DNA from: Callorhinchus milii
Lineage: Eukaryota
DNA: 64,000 bases
Assembly: GCF_018977255.1 (NCBI RefSeq)
Contig: NW_024704742.1
Coordinates: 19,346,001 to 19,410,000, forward strand
Reading direction: 5' to 3'
Shown: positions 1 through 15,267 of the stretch, one piece after another
How the letters are laid out: the number at the start of each line of letters is the position of its first letter
Numbering within the stretch: position 1 is the stretch's first letter
The notes under the pieces: generated by a model
The model's database searches: none
What the model saw: the letters and a program-made list of their open reading frames with translations, nothing else
Told to the model about the DNA's origin: nothing
Position numbers and translations under genes: made by a program

Positions 1-779
1 GCATTTGATATAGCACCTTATCACTTCTTCTCGACATCTCAAAGCGCTTCACATTTACATTGCATTTACATTCAATAGTACAGCACAGAAACAGGCCATT
101 CGACTCAACTGGTCCATGCTAGTGTTTATTCTCCGCAGGATCCTCCATCTCTCCCAAACCCTTCTATTGTTTTCTCTCTCACATTTGCGGCAAAATTCTT
201 CTTAAATACCTTCATAGTTTTTGCTTCAAGCATAGCTTCCGCTGTTTGAGCTCTGTCACAGACACCCATTTTGTTTTCTATGCCTGTCTGTTGTTTAAAT
301 ATATTAAGTCGTGCTTTTTTTTATGTATTTTATGTTTTTTATGTATTTAACATTTTTAATATTTATGGTGCCATCAAGTCCGACTCTAGCATCGATTGCA
401 ACAACTTGGCGGGTAATTTACCATTCTAAAATGCAAATGAAGGATTGGAAGTGTACTTGCCCCTGTTGGGCAACTGAGGGGAGGATCTGATTGGACCATA
501 AAATAGGCAACAGTTACATAACAACAACAACAACAAGATTCCATTTATAGAGCGTCTTTCACGTCGGGAGGACATAAAGTAATTGGTGCAATAAAATTAT
601 CATTGAGTACCTTAATTCGGGGAGGGACTCAATGCCCATAAAAGAATGAGCGCCATGTGCTCATGGTCGCCATATGTTCTACTTGATGACAACAAAGGTA
701 TGTGCTCTCATTATTAATGAGTAGTAGTCAGAGATTAGTTCTTCGTGCACTTTTACATTAACTTGATTACAAGTAGCTG

Positions 780-1242
780 CTTGCTCACCTACAAGGCCAT
801 TCACGGCCTCGCTCCCTCCTACCTCTCCAACCTACTATCCCCCTACCTACCTGCCCGTACCCTCCGTTCCTCTGGCTCTGGTCTGCTCCACGTCCCCCGC
901 CCCAACCGCCCTACCATCGGTGGTCGGGCCTTCAGCCTCTCAGCCCCCAGGCTCTGGAACTCTATCCCCCAGTGCCTTCGCCTTGCTTCCTCCCTTCCCT
1001 CCTTCAAGGCCAGTCTCAAAACCTTTCTCTTTGACCGTGCCTTCAGCTCCCCTCTCGACTCTCTTCCCCCTCCTCGCTCCCTCCCTTCCCTCCCCTCACC
1101 CTGACCATTTCCCCCCTCCTCGCTCCTTCCCCTCCCCTGATCATTTCCGCCCTGCTCGGGTCATGACCCAACTGTGCAGCGCCTTGGGACGTCCTCCTGA
1201 CGTGAAAGGCGCTTTATAAATGGAATCTTGTTGTTGTTGTTG
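780..1242 (+). mobile_element. L2 LINE 3' fragment, young family
   Basis: ORF2 C-terminus TYKAIHGLAPSYL...APRLWNSIP...FKASLKTFLF; 3' UTR and (TTG)n tail nearly identical to the 34376-36361 copy. Confidence 0.92.
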
Positions 1243-3529
1243 CGTGTGTAGTTTAAGTGTTTGTTTGTTATCTCATAGTTGTGATATTTATCATTTTGTT
1301 TAAGATTTAATGCCGAGGGTTGTGGATTTCATTGAAGCTACATTAAAATTCTGTTGAGCTAACTTACCCGTGTTTTAACTCGAGCTTTCTGCATAAATCA
1401 AAGAAGAAGGGAATGCACAAACTGGTTCAGGCTAGGTCACAGAGGTGTAAAATAAACCTTTGATTGACTGAAGCTTCCCAATTTGCTTTAATTTAAATAG
1501 CGATTGGAAGTACCTGTCGTCATGGAAGAACTCATTGGTCAAGTTACACCTAGTTATAGGGACTTGCATTCATTAGTGAGGATTGAACACAGAGGCCACC
1601 CAGTACACTCTGCGAAGGAGAGCTAGCCAGATCGTGGGTGTATATATAAGGATGACCGAACTGTCTCAGCTCCACATTCTCCTCACCCTATGCAGAAAGA
1701 TGCTCCTCCCAAACTGCCTTTCAGATCTGCCTCTGTCACTCTTATGTTTGTGCCTCTCTTTTTGGACTCACTCAAAAGTGGAAACATTTATACAAATCTT
1801 TATATGTATATTTTATATAAATTTCTGTTACTAAGAAACTGTCTAGACATTGGGTTTTAATGGTAAGAAGCACAAAGTGTAGGTTGGTGTAGGTTGTTCT
1901 ATTGCTCCCTGCATCTCAAACTGAAATCTTGGCAATAATGAAAAACAAGCACTGGGCATGCCAATATTCTCTGTACTGACATCATTCTCCTTCATGGCAC
2001 ATATCTCTCAAGGCCTTATAAGAGTTTTGTAAGTCCTGAGAATAAAAAGCTGGGTGAAATGCTCAATTGAAATATAAGTCACAAAAATATTATATTGAGA
2101 TGAAGGTTTCTCACTGTCCTTTGCATGTGAGAAATCAGCTTGGTTTTGCATTGTGAGTTGTATGATTTCCCTAAACAAAAATCGTCCTTCCAAAAAGCAC
2201 ACATGAAGCTGGTATTTACAGCCATGCCAAAATGGACTCCATGTGAGCCAGATTATGTGTTTGTGTCTGTACTCCATCCGTCTGCTCTAATGTCAACCAA
2301 TTTAAGTAAATAGCTAGTAAATTAAGTAAATAGCTAGCTTTAAACTTTCCCTCAGAACAAAACGCTGGTGTCCAGTGATGTCGAACATGCTCAAAATAAG
2401 AGTGGTGTGTAACCCTGAAGGCTGTAAACAAGTCAATAATAATCATTGCGTTTGATAAAACACCTATACATTGAATCGTCACTGAGCACTTCACAGTTAA
2501 TTGCTGTCAAGTGCATTTGAAGACACACCTAGCAGTCAATTGTGCCCACAAACACCCATGAAATGAATGACAATTATGTGCAGGATTATTGGCCAGACCA
2601 CCACAAGAAACTGCCTTCTCTTTTCAAAAAGTTTTATGAGATCTTGTCATCAAGATGTCTCGAAGTGCTTCACAGGATTTTACTGTGAATGTCTAATGAC
2701 CTTGCATTTTGTATGCGAATGCAGCAGTCAATTTGGGCGCAGCAATATCCCACAAACAGCTATGAAGTGAGTGACCAATTTTATTTGAGGGATTGTTGCC
2801 TTGAAGGATTAAGTAGAAAGAGTGGAAAGAATCCTTGCTGCTGACCCTGTAAGCCAAAGCTCCAAAAGTGCATTGGAATGTCAGTCTGGACCACAGGTTC
2901 AAAGATCTTTGGTGGGGCTTCAATCCACAATCTGCTGACCGACAGGTGCCAAACATGAAGCTAAGCCATTTTTTTTACAAGTAACTAAGCCTATTTGCCT
3001 CTACTTCACATCATTTATATATTTTTTGTTTCCTTTGTCTTTTTGACTACCTAATTTATCCTATCCAATCTTTTTCTAAACTATTTTTCTCCAAAAATGT
3101 ATCTTATAATCTTCAATCTGCCTTGCTTCTTCTGCTTCTTGACTCACAGTGGGCATTTTGAAGGTTAGAGGAAGCTTATTTTGAAATATGTTGGAGCATT
3201 AAGACAGACATGAAGTTTGTTGGCTGATCTTTGTAATCTACTACTAACGTCATTGTCATAGAGCCAGAAATTCCACTGTACCAATTGAGTATAGAAATTC
3301 CACCCAAGTCTAGATTTCCATTATTTACTTAGCATTTCAGAGGATACCGAATTTGGCAAATGTTTAAATGTAGGCTGAATGTTGAAGCCAGTTTCCTATA
3401 AGTTATTTTAATAAGTACAGAAAATCAGCTTCGAAGTTAAGTCTTAATTCGCTCTAGCACTGAAGGCACTGCATCAAGTGTAAGGATATTATTACTATTA
3501 TTATAATTCAACAACTTGGAATACTGTGT

Positions 3530-3826
3530 CAAATTCTGATTGCCAGAGTACAAGAAGGATATAGCAGCAGTGGAAAAAGAACAGCAGAGTTTACTAGGAT
3601 GATATCAGGGCTGTAAGTATACTGCTGTAGGATAAATTGGTAGGTTAGGCCTTTTTCCCTTGGGAGGAGATATTTAAGAGGAAATCTAACAAAGGTGTTA
3701 GAGGAAAATTATGAAAGAGTTTGAAAATGTGAGTATAAATAGTCTGTCCCCACTTGTTGGGAAATCCACAACCAGGGGACACAAGTATAAGATAGTGACT
3801 GATCTATAAGAGAATTTAGGAGGAAC
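3530..3826 (+). mobile_element. Degenerate CR1 LINE fragment
   Basis: CR1-like strings tttaagaggaaatcta...aaaattatgaaagagtttga and accaggggacacaagtataagata. Confidence 0.65.
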
Positions 3827-4480
3827 TACAACAAACACAACAAAATTACATTTGTGTAGCACCTTTCACACCGGGAGAACGTCCCAAGACCCTGGACAGT
3901 CAGCGTTTCGGACCCGAGCTGGGGGTCGGGATTTGGGGAGGGTGGAGGGCGGGGGGGGGGCAGGGTGATCGAAAGCACGGTCGAAGAGGAGGGACTTGAG
4001 ATGGGTCTTAAAGGAGGCAAGGGAGGGGGCGAGATGGAGGGACTGCAGGATGGAATTCAAGAGCCTGGAGGCAGAGTGGCAGAATATTGGCAGAATCGCC
4101 AATAGTGGAGTGAGCGAGGCAGGGGACTTGAAGCAGGCCAGAGCCCGCTGAGCGGAGGGAGTGGGCAGGATGGTAGGGGGTTAGAAGGTCACAAAGGTAG
4201 TGGGAGGAGCAAAGCCATGGATGGCTTTGAAGGTGAGGACCAGGATCTTGAACTGTATCCTCTGTGTGATGGGAAGCCAGGGGAGTCGGGCGAGGATGGG
4301 GGTGATAGAATCACGGAGCCTGGTGTGGGAGAGGACACGCTCGGCAGAGTTTTGGATGATTTGCAGCCTTTGGAGGGAAGAGTTGGGGAGGCCGACAATA
4401 AGGACTTTGCATTGCCAAGCCTCGATGTTATGAATGCATGTATGAGGGTTTTGGCGGCCTGCGATGTGAGACGATGTTGC
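3827..4480 (-). mobile_element. L2 LINE 3' fragment inserted into an old CR1
   Basis: L2 tail and degenerate ORF2 C-terminus (FKTHLKSLLFDRAF); abuts CR1-like sequence at about 3530-3826. Confidence 0.85.
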
Positions 4481-6634
4481 AGAGGTGGGAGAAGGCAGAG
4501 TGGGTCATGGTACAGATGTGCTGTAGAAAGAATAATTGAGGGTCAAACAAGTCCACTTCTGCAGTCTTGAGGTCCTGATAAAGAATGAGTTAACGTATAA
4601 GGAAGTGCAATCAGCCTTGAGTTTATTGCATGATGCAAGAACGGCACATAACTAAAACATTTGAAGAGTACAAATGTAAAACAGCACAGCGAAAGCACAG
4701 AGAAAGGGGCTTAGAGTAGACAACTCTAGCGGAAGAGAAAGCATGAACATTGGTTCATTGAATCACATTGTAATTTCTAGGAGAGGGGCTGTGATATATG
4801 CTGTGATAATCATCACCAGGAGGGCAGAAAATCTGGTTAAAATGTGATCTTATAACTTGTTCTTAATATTAACAACAGGTGTAATATTGATCCTCGCCCT
4901 CACTCTACCTCATATTAATCATATTACTACTATGTTTTTAGCCAGGGAAAATAGAATGTGGATCAGAAAACCAGGTTGAAAAACACTGAACTTGCTTCAA
5001 GTGTAACTTTTGATCATTACATAATTATGTTGCACATCGACAGCCAGACACTATGAGCTTTTCTCTGAAAGAATGCGGTTCACACATTCTACATTTCTGC
5101 AACAGGGAGTGAGTGGCTTTGACATAGCCTTCCGCTCAGTCCACTCCCAGCAAGTTTCACTCAAGTGGTGACTTCAGTTAAGATAACAGCTTTTTCCTGA
5201 TTTTCAAGCGAGTTGGGAAGGAAAACAATGTGCGGGAAATCGGCTTTCATATTTATCATGTTGAAAAATTCTTTTGACTTGGAGCAGACTGACGCAAAAC
5301 TTGATGAGGGAAATGCTGCACAATGATTTATGTATTTGCTATTAGTGGAAGTGCACAGTGGTGTATATTAACAGGTATAGAAGACAATACAATTTACATT
5401 TATATAGCGTCTTTCACGTCAGGAGGACATCCCAAAGTGCATTCACATTGCTGGATGGGCACCCATTTCAGGGGGGAGCTGAAGGTCATGAGGGGAAAGA
5501 CCAACCGAAACTGCAGTCAAAGGAATACGTTTCGAGATGCGTCTTAAAACAGGGGAGGGAGGAGTGAGTTGGAGGGTCTCCAGAATAGAGTTCCAGAGAA
5601 CAGGGTTAGAATAGCTGAAAGTTTGTCTGCTGCTGGAGGGCCAGATATGAAAGCACAAAATGATAAAACCGTTGTGCCCTGAGAATCCAGAATATAAATC
5701 CTTGGATACAGTTTGTAGCTTTCATCATGCCCACGCACTGTTATTGGAACATATTAGATCACAGTTTACAAGTTTCCTTCTCCTCCCCCATGTTGTTTTA
5801 TAACCCTCTGCTTCCTCTTTTTGCTTGGAGGGAGGTAATTGTCAGATGAAGTTGCACGATGTTGTACTGTTACTATTTTTATTGTTGCTCCTGCTCTAGT
5901 TCACTGTTGGGAAGTAAGGCAGGAAGAGTGACTGGGAAACGACCCTGACATGACCACCTGCCACTTTGCAATGTGGTATTTCTCTGCTATCACACAGTCA
6001 AGAACTAGTAAACTCACATCAGAACAAAGGTGAGGTATCATGATGGTATTTGGGAGAATAGCATAACACTATACTGCTATACTTGTTGATCTATTATCTT
6101 TTACCTGAGACATGTTAAGACTGACCAAGCCAGCAGAACGACTTAATTACTAGGAAATAAAAATATCATCTGATCATCAATGTCATTGTTGGCCACCTTC
6201 CCCCCTACCCCCACCACCAGCCTCCTCAGCCCCCACCTACAGCTTGAGCTCCAAAAACCAGCTCGGGTGCAAACACTGGACTGTCCAGCATTTTGAGACA
6301 TCCTCCCAACGTAAAAGGCATTGTATAAACCTACATTTCTTATTGTTCTTTACTTGTCCCAAGTCATCTACATTAAGAGCAAATATGCTTTGATGAAAAT
6401 AAATATGATTGTATAAGTTTTGGGAGGAATTCTTCTCACATCAGGAGATTGTGTGTAGTTGGAATCAGTAAAAAAAATTGCTGACAGCAGAGAATAATTC
6501 CACCTCCCTATGTAATAAAGATAATATTTTTTTAAAAACTATCAGTCATGTGGTTTAATCTTGCATCTGAGCAATTTTGCTTATTTTGTCAACCACTGGT
6601 CCTTTAGAAGGATATTGATCAATAGTGCAAACAG

Positions 6635-6850
<216 letters not shown>

Positions 6851-6941
6851 TTAACAAAGATAAAATCCATTATATTATCTTTTACAAACTTTTTGAAGAA
6901 CTATACTGGAATTACTCACTACACTCAATATGTGTGTCAGT

Positions 6942-7372
6942 TTAGTGCAGTGGTAGTTATGTGGTAGCGCTCTCGCCTCTGAGTCAGAAAGTTGTTCAAG
7001 CCCCACATGGGGACTTGGAATCACACAGTTAAGGTGACACTCCAATGCAATGCTGGGGATGTCATGCATTGTTGGAGGTGCTGTCCTTCAGATGAGATGT
7101 TAAATGAAGATCCCGTCTGCCTGTTCAGTGGATATTAACAATCCGATGACGCTATTCAAAAAGAGAAGAGAGTTTCTCCCAATGTCCTGGCAAACCCCCA
7201 AATGAAATTTGTCACTCACTCCATGTGTTTGTGGGACACTGGCTGCTGCATTTCACCCACAAAATACACAGTCACTACACTCTATAATATATCTTGTGAA
7301 AAGTTTTGAGATGTCTCAATAACCTGGTAAGACACGATATCAAATGCAAGGATTATTTATTTATTATTTATA
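6942..7372 (+). mobile_element. DeuSINE-like (SacSINE1/AmnSINE1-type) relic
   Basis: Head ggtagcgctctcgcctctgagtcagaa; Deu-domain-like gacactccaatgcaatgctg...ggaggtgctgtccttcagatgagatgttaaa...ctgttcagtggatattaacaatccgatg; L2-type tail. Confidence 0.75.
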
Positions 7373-8794
7373 TGTCACAATGTGAAAGTAATTTGTGCCA
7401 GCAAAGTCCATAAATTGGTTAATACTTTTCTTAACACTGATAATAAATGGTTTATGCAAAAATAACATCCAATTTACTAAAAGGTTTCTGCAACTGCATC
7501 TGTAGGGACTATGTTCCTGGATCAATTGTTAACCCTGGTTCCTGTATCTCACATCCAGCAGGGCTCAAATACTGCTTCAAGTTGCATTGGCCATTGCATT
7601 GCTGTTTCCACCCTTTTCCCAAAGCAACGCTTTGAGCAAGTTTCATGTTCCATTAAGGTTATTGGTAGCTGGAGCTTATCTTAACTTTTGTGGACAATCT
7701 ATAAATGTCAGCTCCATCCACATTTCTTGTGAGTTGTATGTTACTTGTAGCTCATCTGCTAATCTGCTGATTTCGCGGTACTCTGTGGGATATTTTATTT
7801 TTAACATCCAGACTAACACATTCCAAAATGTAGCATTTCTGGTCCACAAGGACAGATTTCTTGGCACAGACTGACTTTTTTTATCCATAAACAGTATTAT
7901 TGTAATAAATACAATTTTAATTCAGATCCAAGAGTGAATGAACATTCCCCCTTCTTCACCCTCTCTCATTGTCCCCAATCCCCCCCTACCCCACCCCTCC
8001 ATGAACCTATGATTGCTCTCAATAACTTCCTTCTCTATTTTTTCTTTCAGCAGCTTTCCAAACTTCTTTCCACATGGAAACCTACATAGATTATAGCTAT
8101 GCTTGCCTTTTAGGCGATGTATAAAACATTCCTTATTCCAATACAATCCCATCTGGTTACATTCACAAATGTATATCAAAAAGTGCAATTCAGTAAGAAA
8201 TTCAAGTTTTGTAAGCTTCAAATGACAGAAGCTTCAAATATCAAAAAATGTTTCCCTTATATAATATAATTATGGCCACAATAAACATTCCAGCAAGCAA
8301 TATGGTTGAATGAAGCTCATTAAAACACTTACATGCTTCCATTGATCCTCTGTACCATATTCCAACATTAAACCTATCAGTATGTTCAATGGAGCCTTGT
8401 CTGTTTCCAGAAGTGTAATAAGTTTGATTGTTCAGCTGCTGAGCCTAATTTCCCAATGTCACATGTGGTTTATAAATCATAAAATGCTGCTTGAAATGGA
8501 AACACTCACCAGGGCCCAATGGACAGAATTCTTGAAATCTGTCTGAAGCCACCAGACATAATGTTAATTTTTAACATTAGTAAAGAATAGGCAGTCTTGT
8601 TGGCTCAAAATAACATTAAAACTCTCCAGGAATATGATAATCTCAAAAGATTTATGATTAAAAGTTTGTTTTAAATTCAATTGTAATTAATAGGGTTAAA
8701 AATTCAAAAGGGAGGGTCAGGATGAACCCATTTGATCTCTTTCTGCCTGAAATCTCATTCTGCCATCGTCCTCTGATTACAGCGTCATTCTATT

Positions 8795-9222
8795 TCTCAT
8801 TGAATTCAAGATCCTCATCCTCAAAGCCCTCCACAGTTTTGCCCTGCCCTACTTCTGTGAAGTTCTTAAACCCTACCAACCCACCCGTTCCCTCCGCTTG
8901 GCAGACAGCAGCATGCTTCATGTCCCCATTATGCCCCCCCCAACATTGGCATTCGGGCCTTCAGTTTTTCTGCACCCACTCCCTGAAAGTCCATCCTGGA
9001 GTCCCTTCACCTCTCCCCTTCCTTTACCTCCATCAAGATCCATCTCAAGACCTTCCTCTTTGACCATGTCTTCAGTCATCTTTCCCCTCCCACATCCCCC
9101 TTGGCCCCCACACCGCCAAAATCCAACTGCACACGGCTCGGATGCAAACCCTCAACTGTCCAGTGCTGTGGGATGTGCTCCCAATGTGAAAGGTGCTATA
9201 TAAACGCAACTTCTTGTTGTTA
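8795..9222 (+). mobile_element. Older L2 3' fragment in a GASK1B intron
   Basis: Degenerate ORF2 end and tail gtgaaaggtgctatataaacgcaacttcttgttgtt. Confidence 0.8.
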
Positions 9223-9564
9223 TTTTCGTCCTCATTTCAATCTGAATTCTAACTCGGAGTGGGGGAGTGAGGGGGGTGCCCCCGGTCCTATAGGCTTCTG
9301 AACCATCTGAAAATAATAGGCAAAGTAGGGCAAATGTGGAAATGAACAAACTAGTGATATAGCATCTTATTATCTCATTGAAGCTTCCAATACGATTTAC
9401 ATGTGTTCACATCACATCAGAGGACATCCCAAAGCACTTGACGATTCTGCCTGGTCAACAGAGCTGCGGGTGGAAACTGAATGTTGAATATATTGGCCTT
9501 GAATTTGTAGCCAATCACATAAGCCAATTTGAACATCACCATGAGCATAGCCACAACTATTTTA

Positions 9565-9790
9565 TCTGGAGGATTCTTGGCCCGGACGCTTCTCTTCCAA
9601 ATTGTGCCATGGGATCTTTAACGTCCACCTGAACAGGCAGATTGGACCTCAGTTTAACATCCTGAAGGATAGCGCCTCTGACAATGGAGCGATTTCCCAA
9701 TACTGCACTGGACTCTGAGCTCAAAGTCCTGACACAGGGCTTGAGCCCACAACCTTGTGACTCAGAAATAAGAGTGCTACAAACTGACAC
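9565..9790 (-). mobile_element. DeuSINE-like relic
   Basis: Reverse complement contains gatgttaaactgaggtcc...ctgttcaggtggacgttaaagatcccatggcac. Confidence 0.75.
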
Positions 9791-9826
9791 CTTCATTTTA
9801 ACTTTACATTTCAAATTCTATACTCA

Positions 9827-10090
<264 letters not shown>

Positions 10091-12759
10091 CTATCTATTG
10101 CAAAAATACTTGNTTTTTTCTCAAATTTACGTTTTTAATGTAAACTATACATATATCACAGTGAGATGATAAAATCAAAAACTGTATTACAGGTCTATGG
10201 GTACATAGGTGTGTTCATTTTAAATGTGCCAATATGGCATTGGTCAAATAATTCTCAATAAGGAAGATGTCAATAATCTACATTGGACTCACAAATACCT
10301 AGATATTAAACATAATTATTACCAGTCTACTTTTTCCTAAAAATCATCCTGACATGCCAAGCTTTTATGGCACTCTTACTGCTCAAATAAAATTTATGTA
10401 AGGAGATGCCTCTTCACCTTTGAATGTCAACTCAAAGTTAATGCTGACAGGTACTGTGCAATTTAATAAAATAAAACTCTTAGCCATTGGTAACAAGGTC
10501 TTTAGAAGCTCAACAGAGCAAGAATCTCACCAGTTCTGAGGTGGGATTTGAGATTTACAGGACAACCAGTGGATCATCTAACTGCAATCAGATACCCCAA
10601 GCTTTCTAAAAAAAACATACACTTCTATAATAGATGAATATTAACACATTGGGAAGGAGGAAATAGGTAATGTTTTGTGCTAATTATCACAGATGGTAAT
10701 TAGAACATCACATGTTGTATTTTTCCTCTTGATGTTAGAATATATGCAAGTGTGTAACTTCGTACTGAATTCACAAAAATAAAAGGCAAACTGTTTAAAG
10801 ATTTTAAACTCAATTAGCATGATGTGATAGTATTCTCTTTAGTCAATCCACTTTACAGTAGCGGTATGCTCTTTAGTCAATCCACTTTACTATGAAGCGG
10901 TTTAAGACATCTCAAATTTGTGATAAGGGGCTGTATCAAATGCAAGGATTATCATAACTGGCCATTACAGATATATATTTAATAAATTCTTCACTGTCCC
11001 AGCTGTCCCCTTATAATTGAATCCACCATCAAATCAACTGGAAACCTCAAATATTTGTTTTGGATTATTGTACAGTAAAGTATCTTTGAGGTTTATTTTG
11101 TTTTGGATTATTGTACAGTAAAGTTAGGGTTACCCCTGTATGACCCCATGATCTTAATATACCATAGACCGTTGAGAAGATTACACAGGCCGGGAAGCTT
11201 ACCAGTTTTAGAAGACGTGATCCAGCGAGGAATGATTGTCAAATAGATATCACAGGGTAATCCAGATACATAGTTTTAATCTACATTTTCAGACTTTCTA
11301 TGGTTTGTTTCACGTTTCATTAATGTGAAAATCAGCGAATATTTATGGAACACAAGGAGGCCATTTAGCCCATCATCTCCATGTCCGTGCTCTCTCCCCA
11401 CTGGAGCTATCTGTCCTATGCTGTGCTCTTCCCCCAAAGCTCTTTTAAAAATTCTTCTTCACATGACTACCTCATTTCTTTTTAAATGATGTAATAAACT
11501 TGAGCTTTAGTAGTAACATGCAGAAATCGTGTTCCACATCATAAAACGCTTAGCCAAAAAAATATTTTAAATGAATCCAAATTAAATTTATGTTCATTCA
11601 CCAAATAATCTTTTACCTATCTGGTTAGCTCCACTTAACTGAATAAATAATATAACTCCCAAGCAAAGTCACCATTTTGGTACGTTTACATCTCAACGTG
11701 AAAGGCGTTATATAAATGCAATTTGTTGTTGTATTTTCATTTCACTTTACTTTCTACACTTTGACAGATTTACTTTTTGGAAAGGATGGAGAATACTGTT
11801 GTCCTTTTCAGAAGAGGACAGCTTTGATTTATGTCCGGTGGATGTGAGGAAAAGAGAGAGGATGTTTGCGGGGCAGGAAGCATTTATCAATAAAACTTTT
11901 TAAACAGATTTTCCACTTTGAATGTCCCTGAACAGGCAACATCCATTGTTTCTCAACTGCAATAGATCACTTTACTACAATATTGCATCACATGTTATGA
12001 TATGAATTGTTGCATCGTAAGCAAGTTAGGAATTATGTATGAATTTAATTGTTTTAAGCGATGCACGGTAAAATGTATATCCTGTTTTCTTTTTTGTGCT
12101 GGACGCCAGCTTGATTCTGTGGTCGCATGTCCTTTGCCTGAATTGTAAAGTTGTGGATTTAGCCCTGTGTTTGGAATTTAGTTTGCAGACTAGAAGACAG
12201 AAGTACTGTCTTTCAGATGAAACGCTAAACTTAGGTTCCATTTGTCTTAATGGACATTAAGATTGTTAATGGTACTATTTGACCATTAAATATGACCTTT
12301 TTTCCCCCAAATATAATCTTTTCATTTTCAAACATTTTGAAATGCCCTCCCTACATGAAATCCACTACATGAAATGTAATGATGAATATAATTTATAACG
12401 TAAATGTAAATTGTTGGCATTGTCTAGAGATTTTGAACTTGATACTCAACAAGCAGATAGCACTCCGTTTAATGTCTCAGAAGAAAGACAGTATCTCCAA
12501 CAATGCATCTCATTGCACTGTCAGCCTCGACTGCGAACTCAAACATCCTGATACAGTATTTCAACCCACAATCTTCTGCCCCAGAGCAAAGAGTATTTCA
12601 CTGAGTGAAGTTTGAAATGACTGAGTCAACCTGACACAGTTTGATGAACGCAAAAGCTCACCAAATAAATCTAAATGTTCACGATTGCATTGCAAAAGAA
12701 AGAAGATCAGAAAGCAATTACATCAAAAACCCAAAAGAAACAGAAATATTTCAGTAATG

Positions 12760-12865
12760 GTTAACCCATCTGTTTCTTTCAGAACCTGCTTGACACCCTG
12801 TGTGTATCCAGCATTTTTCATTCTTACCTCAAATTTCCAGCACTCAGTTTTTTCTTTTTGTTTCT
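12760..12865 (+). mobile_element. Decayed fragment of the same Penelope-type terminal repeat (no hammerhead retained)
   Basis: gttaac...gtgtatccagcatttttcattcttacctcaaatttccagcac resembles the reverse complement of 63757-63865. Confidence 0.5.
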
Positions 12866-12949
12866 TTATCAAGCAGGAATTTCTTCTAATTGGATAACTG
12901 ACATTGGGTGAATTTCAAAATGCATAAAACCTTTCAAGCCAGTTCTTAC

Positions 12950-13164
12950 CTGCAGGAGGAAGTCAAAGAGTGCGAGCTTGCACCATTCATGGTGATGAAT
13001 CTCTGAACAACTCCAATCTGATTTGGGAACTTTACCATGGACCCAGCACTTCTGTTTCAGTGATTCCTGGTAAGACTTCCAATTCAACCTAACCGTAGAA
13101 TGGGTGACATTATCAGTCATCGGCAAGGAGGCATCCCAGAGAACGACAGGACGGGGGAGGCCAC
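12950..13164 (-). CDS. GASK1B: GASK1B coding exon 2 (215 nt)
   Basis: Acceptor ttcttctctttcaaag|; encodes GLPRPVVLWDASL...LKQKCWVHGKVPKSDWSCSEIHHHEWCKLALFDFLLQ; donor CAG|gtaaga; phase 1 in, phase 0 out. Confidence 0.96.
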
Positions 13165-15267
13165 CTTTGAAAGAGAAGAAATGTTATCAGGTTTCTCTGA
13201 TACTGTACAAAGTACAAAACCAAGCACAGGTTCGGCACACCATTGGATCTATTGTGCTGTATTTCTTCATGGGACTTCTTGATAATTAAACTGAGACGTG
13301 GTACTCCTTCTGGTGACCTGACGGATGACATATCAAACCATGCAAACTGCTTCTGGCATGGGGATCCCATGGGTCAATGGGATTCTAACAGATTTGCTTA
13401 TTAAGGAATCCCATCAGGGAATGCTGTAAATTAGACCCTATGTTTTCTCAAAATAGAGCTGTCTTAAGAAACCATCAGCAGAGAGAAATTCCATCTAAGT
13501 CTAGACTTCGACTATTTTCTTAACATTGTATTGATCTATCTCTCAAGACTCTGTTTCAGATTCATTGACTCCAGTTTTCATCTGCGGGTACTTACTCTGA
13601 GGTTGTTCTGAATGCATTACACAAAGTGCTTTGAAAGGCACTGGTTTATGAGTAATTCAGCTCTAAGTGATTTAGGCTATTTAAAACAAGAATGTGTCAA
13701 ACAAGCAAGTGATCTTATGTCAGGCGTAACATGCAAGATGAGTAGTATATTGTTTTTGAATCACTAACCCCTAACTGTGTAGGCTGTTCTCACACTACTG
13801 TGTACCAGTGTGTTAAGATCTATATTTTAAAATTTGTATTTTTATCACTAATTTCAAATAGAGTTACCAATATAGATTATCTTTGGTGGCAAAGCAGTTG
13901 TGTGTTTCTGCTAAATGTTAGAATTTCACTTTCGAGTCCGGACATTGCAGGATAAAGCTGCAGTGGATAATTACTTTGTTGTGTAGTTGTTATAGTTATC
14001 ACACAATTACAACTAATTTCACAGCACGTTCCTTGAGAAGTAGTTCCAAAAGCGAACTGCCAGTGCTAGCGTGATACAGTACGAATTCACCCCTTCTGTT
14101 CCTGTTTTCTTATGTTAACGACAATCTGATTTAAATCACAACAGCTAAGCCTTGTTTGCATCAAATTAAATGCGGTTGTTCAATCTTTGTAACATCAACA
14201 ACTTCATGTTTATTTTGGAATACTTTCCTGTCTACAGGACAGAGGTTTAGTTTTGCTCTGCAACAAAAAGCCCTTCGAAATGTTGACGTGCAAACAAAGC
14301 GATTGGTGCTGAACCAAAATATTTGCCCAAAAGGTTAATTGGTCTATTGTTGGGAGGACCCAGTGGGATCAAAGGGAGGGAGAGGGGAAAGAACTAATGA
14401 GCTTCTTTTATAAACATATTGCAACCTGCTGTGCGCAATTCGCGGCCACCTTTCACCCATAAAACATATCATCGCTACACTTTACAGTACATTCTGTGAA
14501 GCGCTTTGAGATGCCTCAACGACATGATAAGGTGTAATATCTCTCCCTCCCTTGCCTCCTTCAAGGCACGCCTCAAGACCCTCAAGATGCTTTTTCTTTT
14601 CCTCTTCATCCTACTTATCAAACAAAACAGGGGAACGTTCTCCTGAGGACTTCATTGTGAATTGGGATATGGATGAATTTAAGTTAAATGCTTTGACTGA
14701 AACTGGCCAGCAAACAAAATAACTATCAAACATTAAAAAGCTGAAATGTTTTACCAGGGGGATAGTGAGGTTAGAACACTGAACTCATTACGAACCGATG
14801 GCCCAATTGAAAGAAAGTAGGGTGGGTATTCTGGAAGAATGAGATCAAATGGCCGGATCTCTTCTGTGAACTTACAAACTTCATTCCGAGTTTGCTTAAA
14901 AATTCTTATTACTGTCCTATTTAACATAATAATTTAAAAAATGGGCAGAAAAGGAGAAACAAGTCAGTAAGTTACACAGACCCAACATTTTGTTTCAAAT
15001 TTGAGAATCATAGAACTATTTTACCCCCATCCTAACTTGGTACAAACTCTACACCCCTCTCTTCTGTTGAATGATGAAAAATGTACATTTTATTTTTTGA
15101 TTGCTTCCAGACAGCTTACCTTAACTGCACCAAATGACAATCTATTCCAATGAATTATCTGAGTGCAGGTTTTACAAAGTAAGTCTGTCCACCCATTGCT
15201 TCCCTCCTACATCCAAGCCCACAGCCACAGCTTCCTGGGGCTTTCCACTTAACTCACTAATGCAAAC

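Noticed and set aside
10113..10113. Single ambiguous base N
   Set aside because: Assembly ambiguity in an intron; does not affect the exon or splice site.
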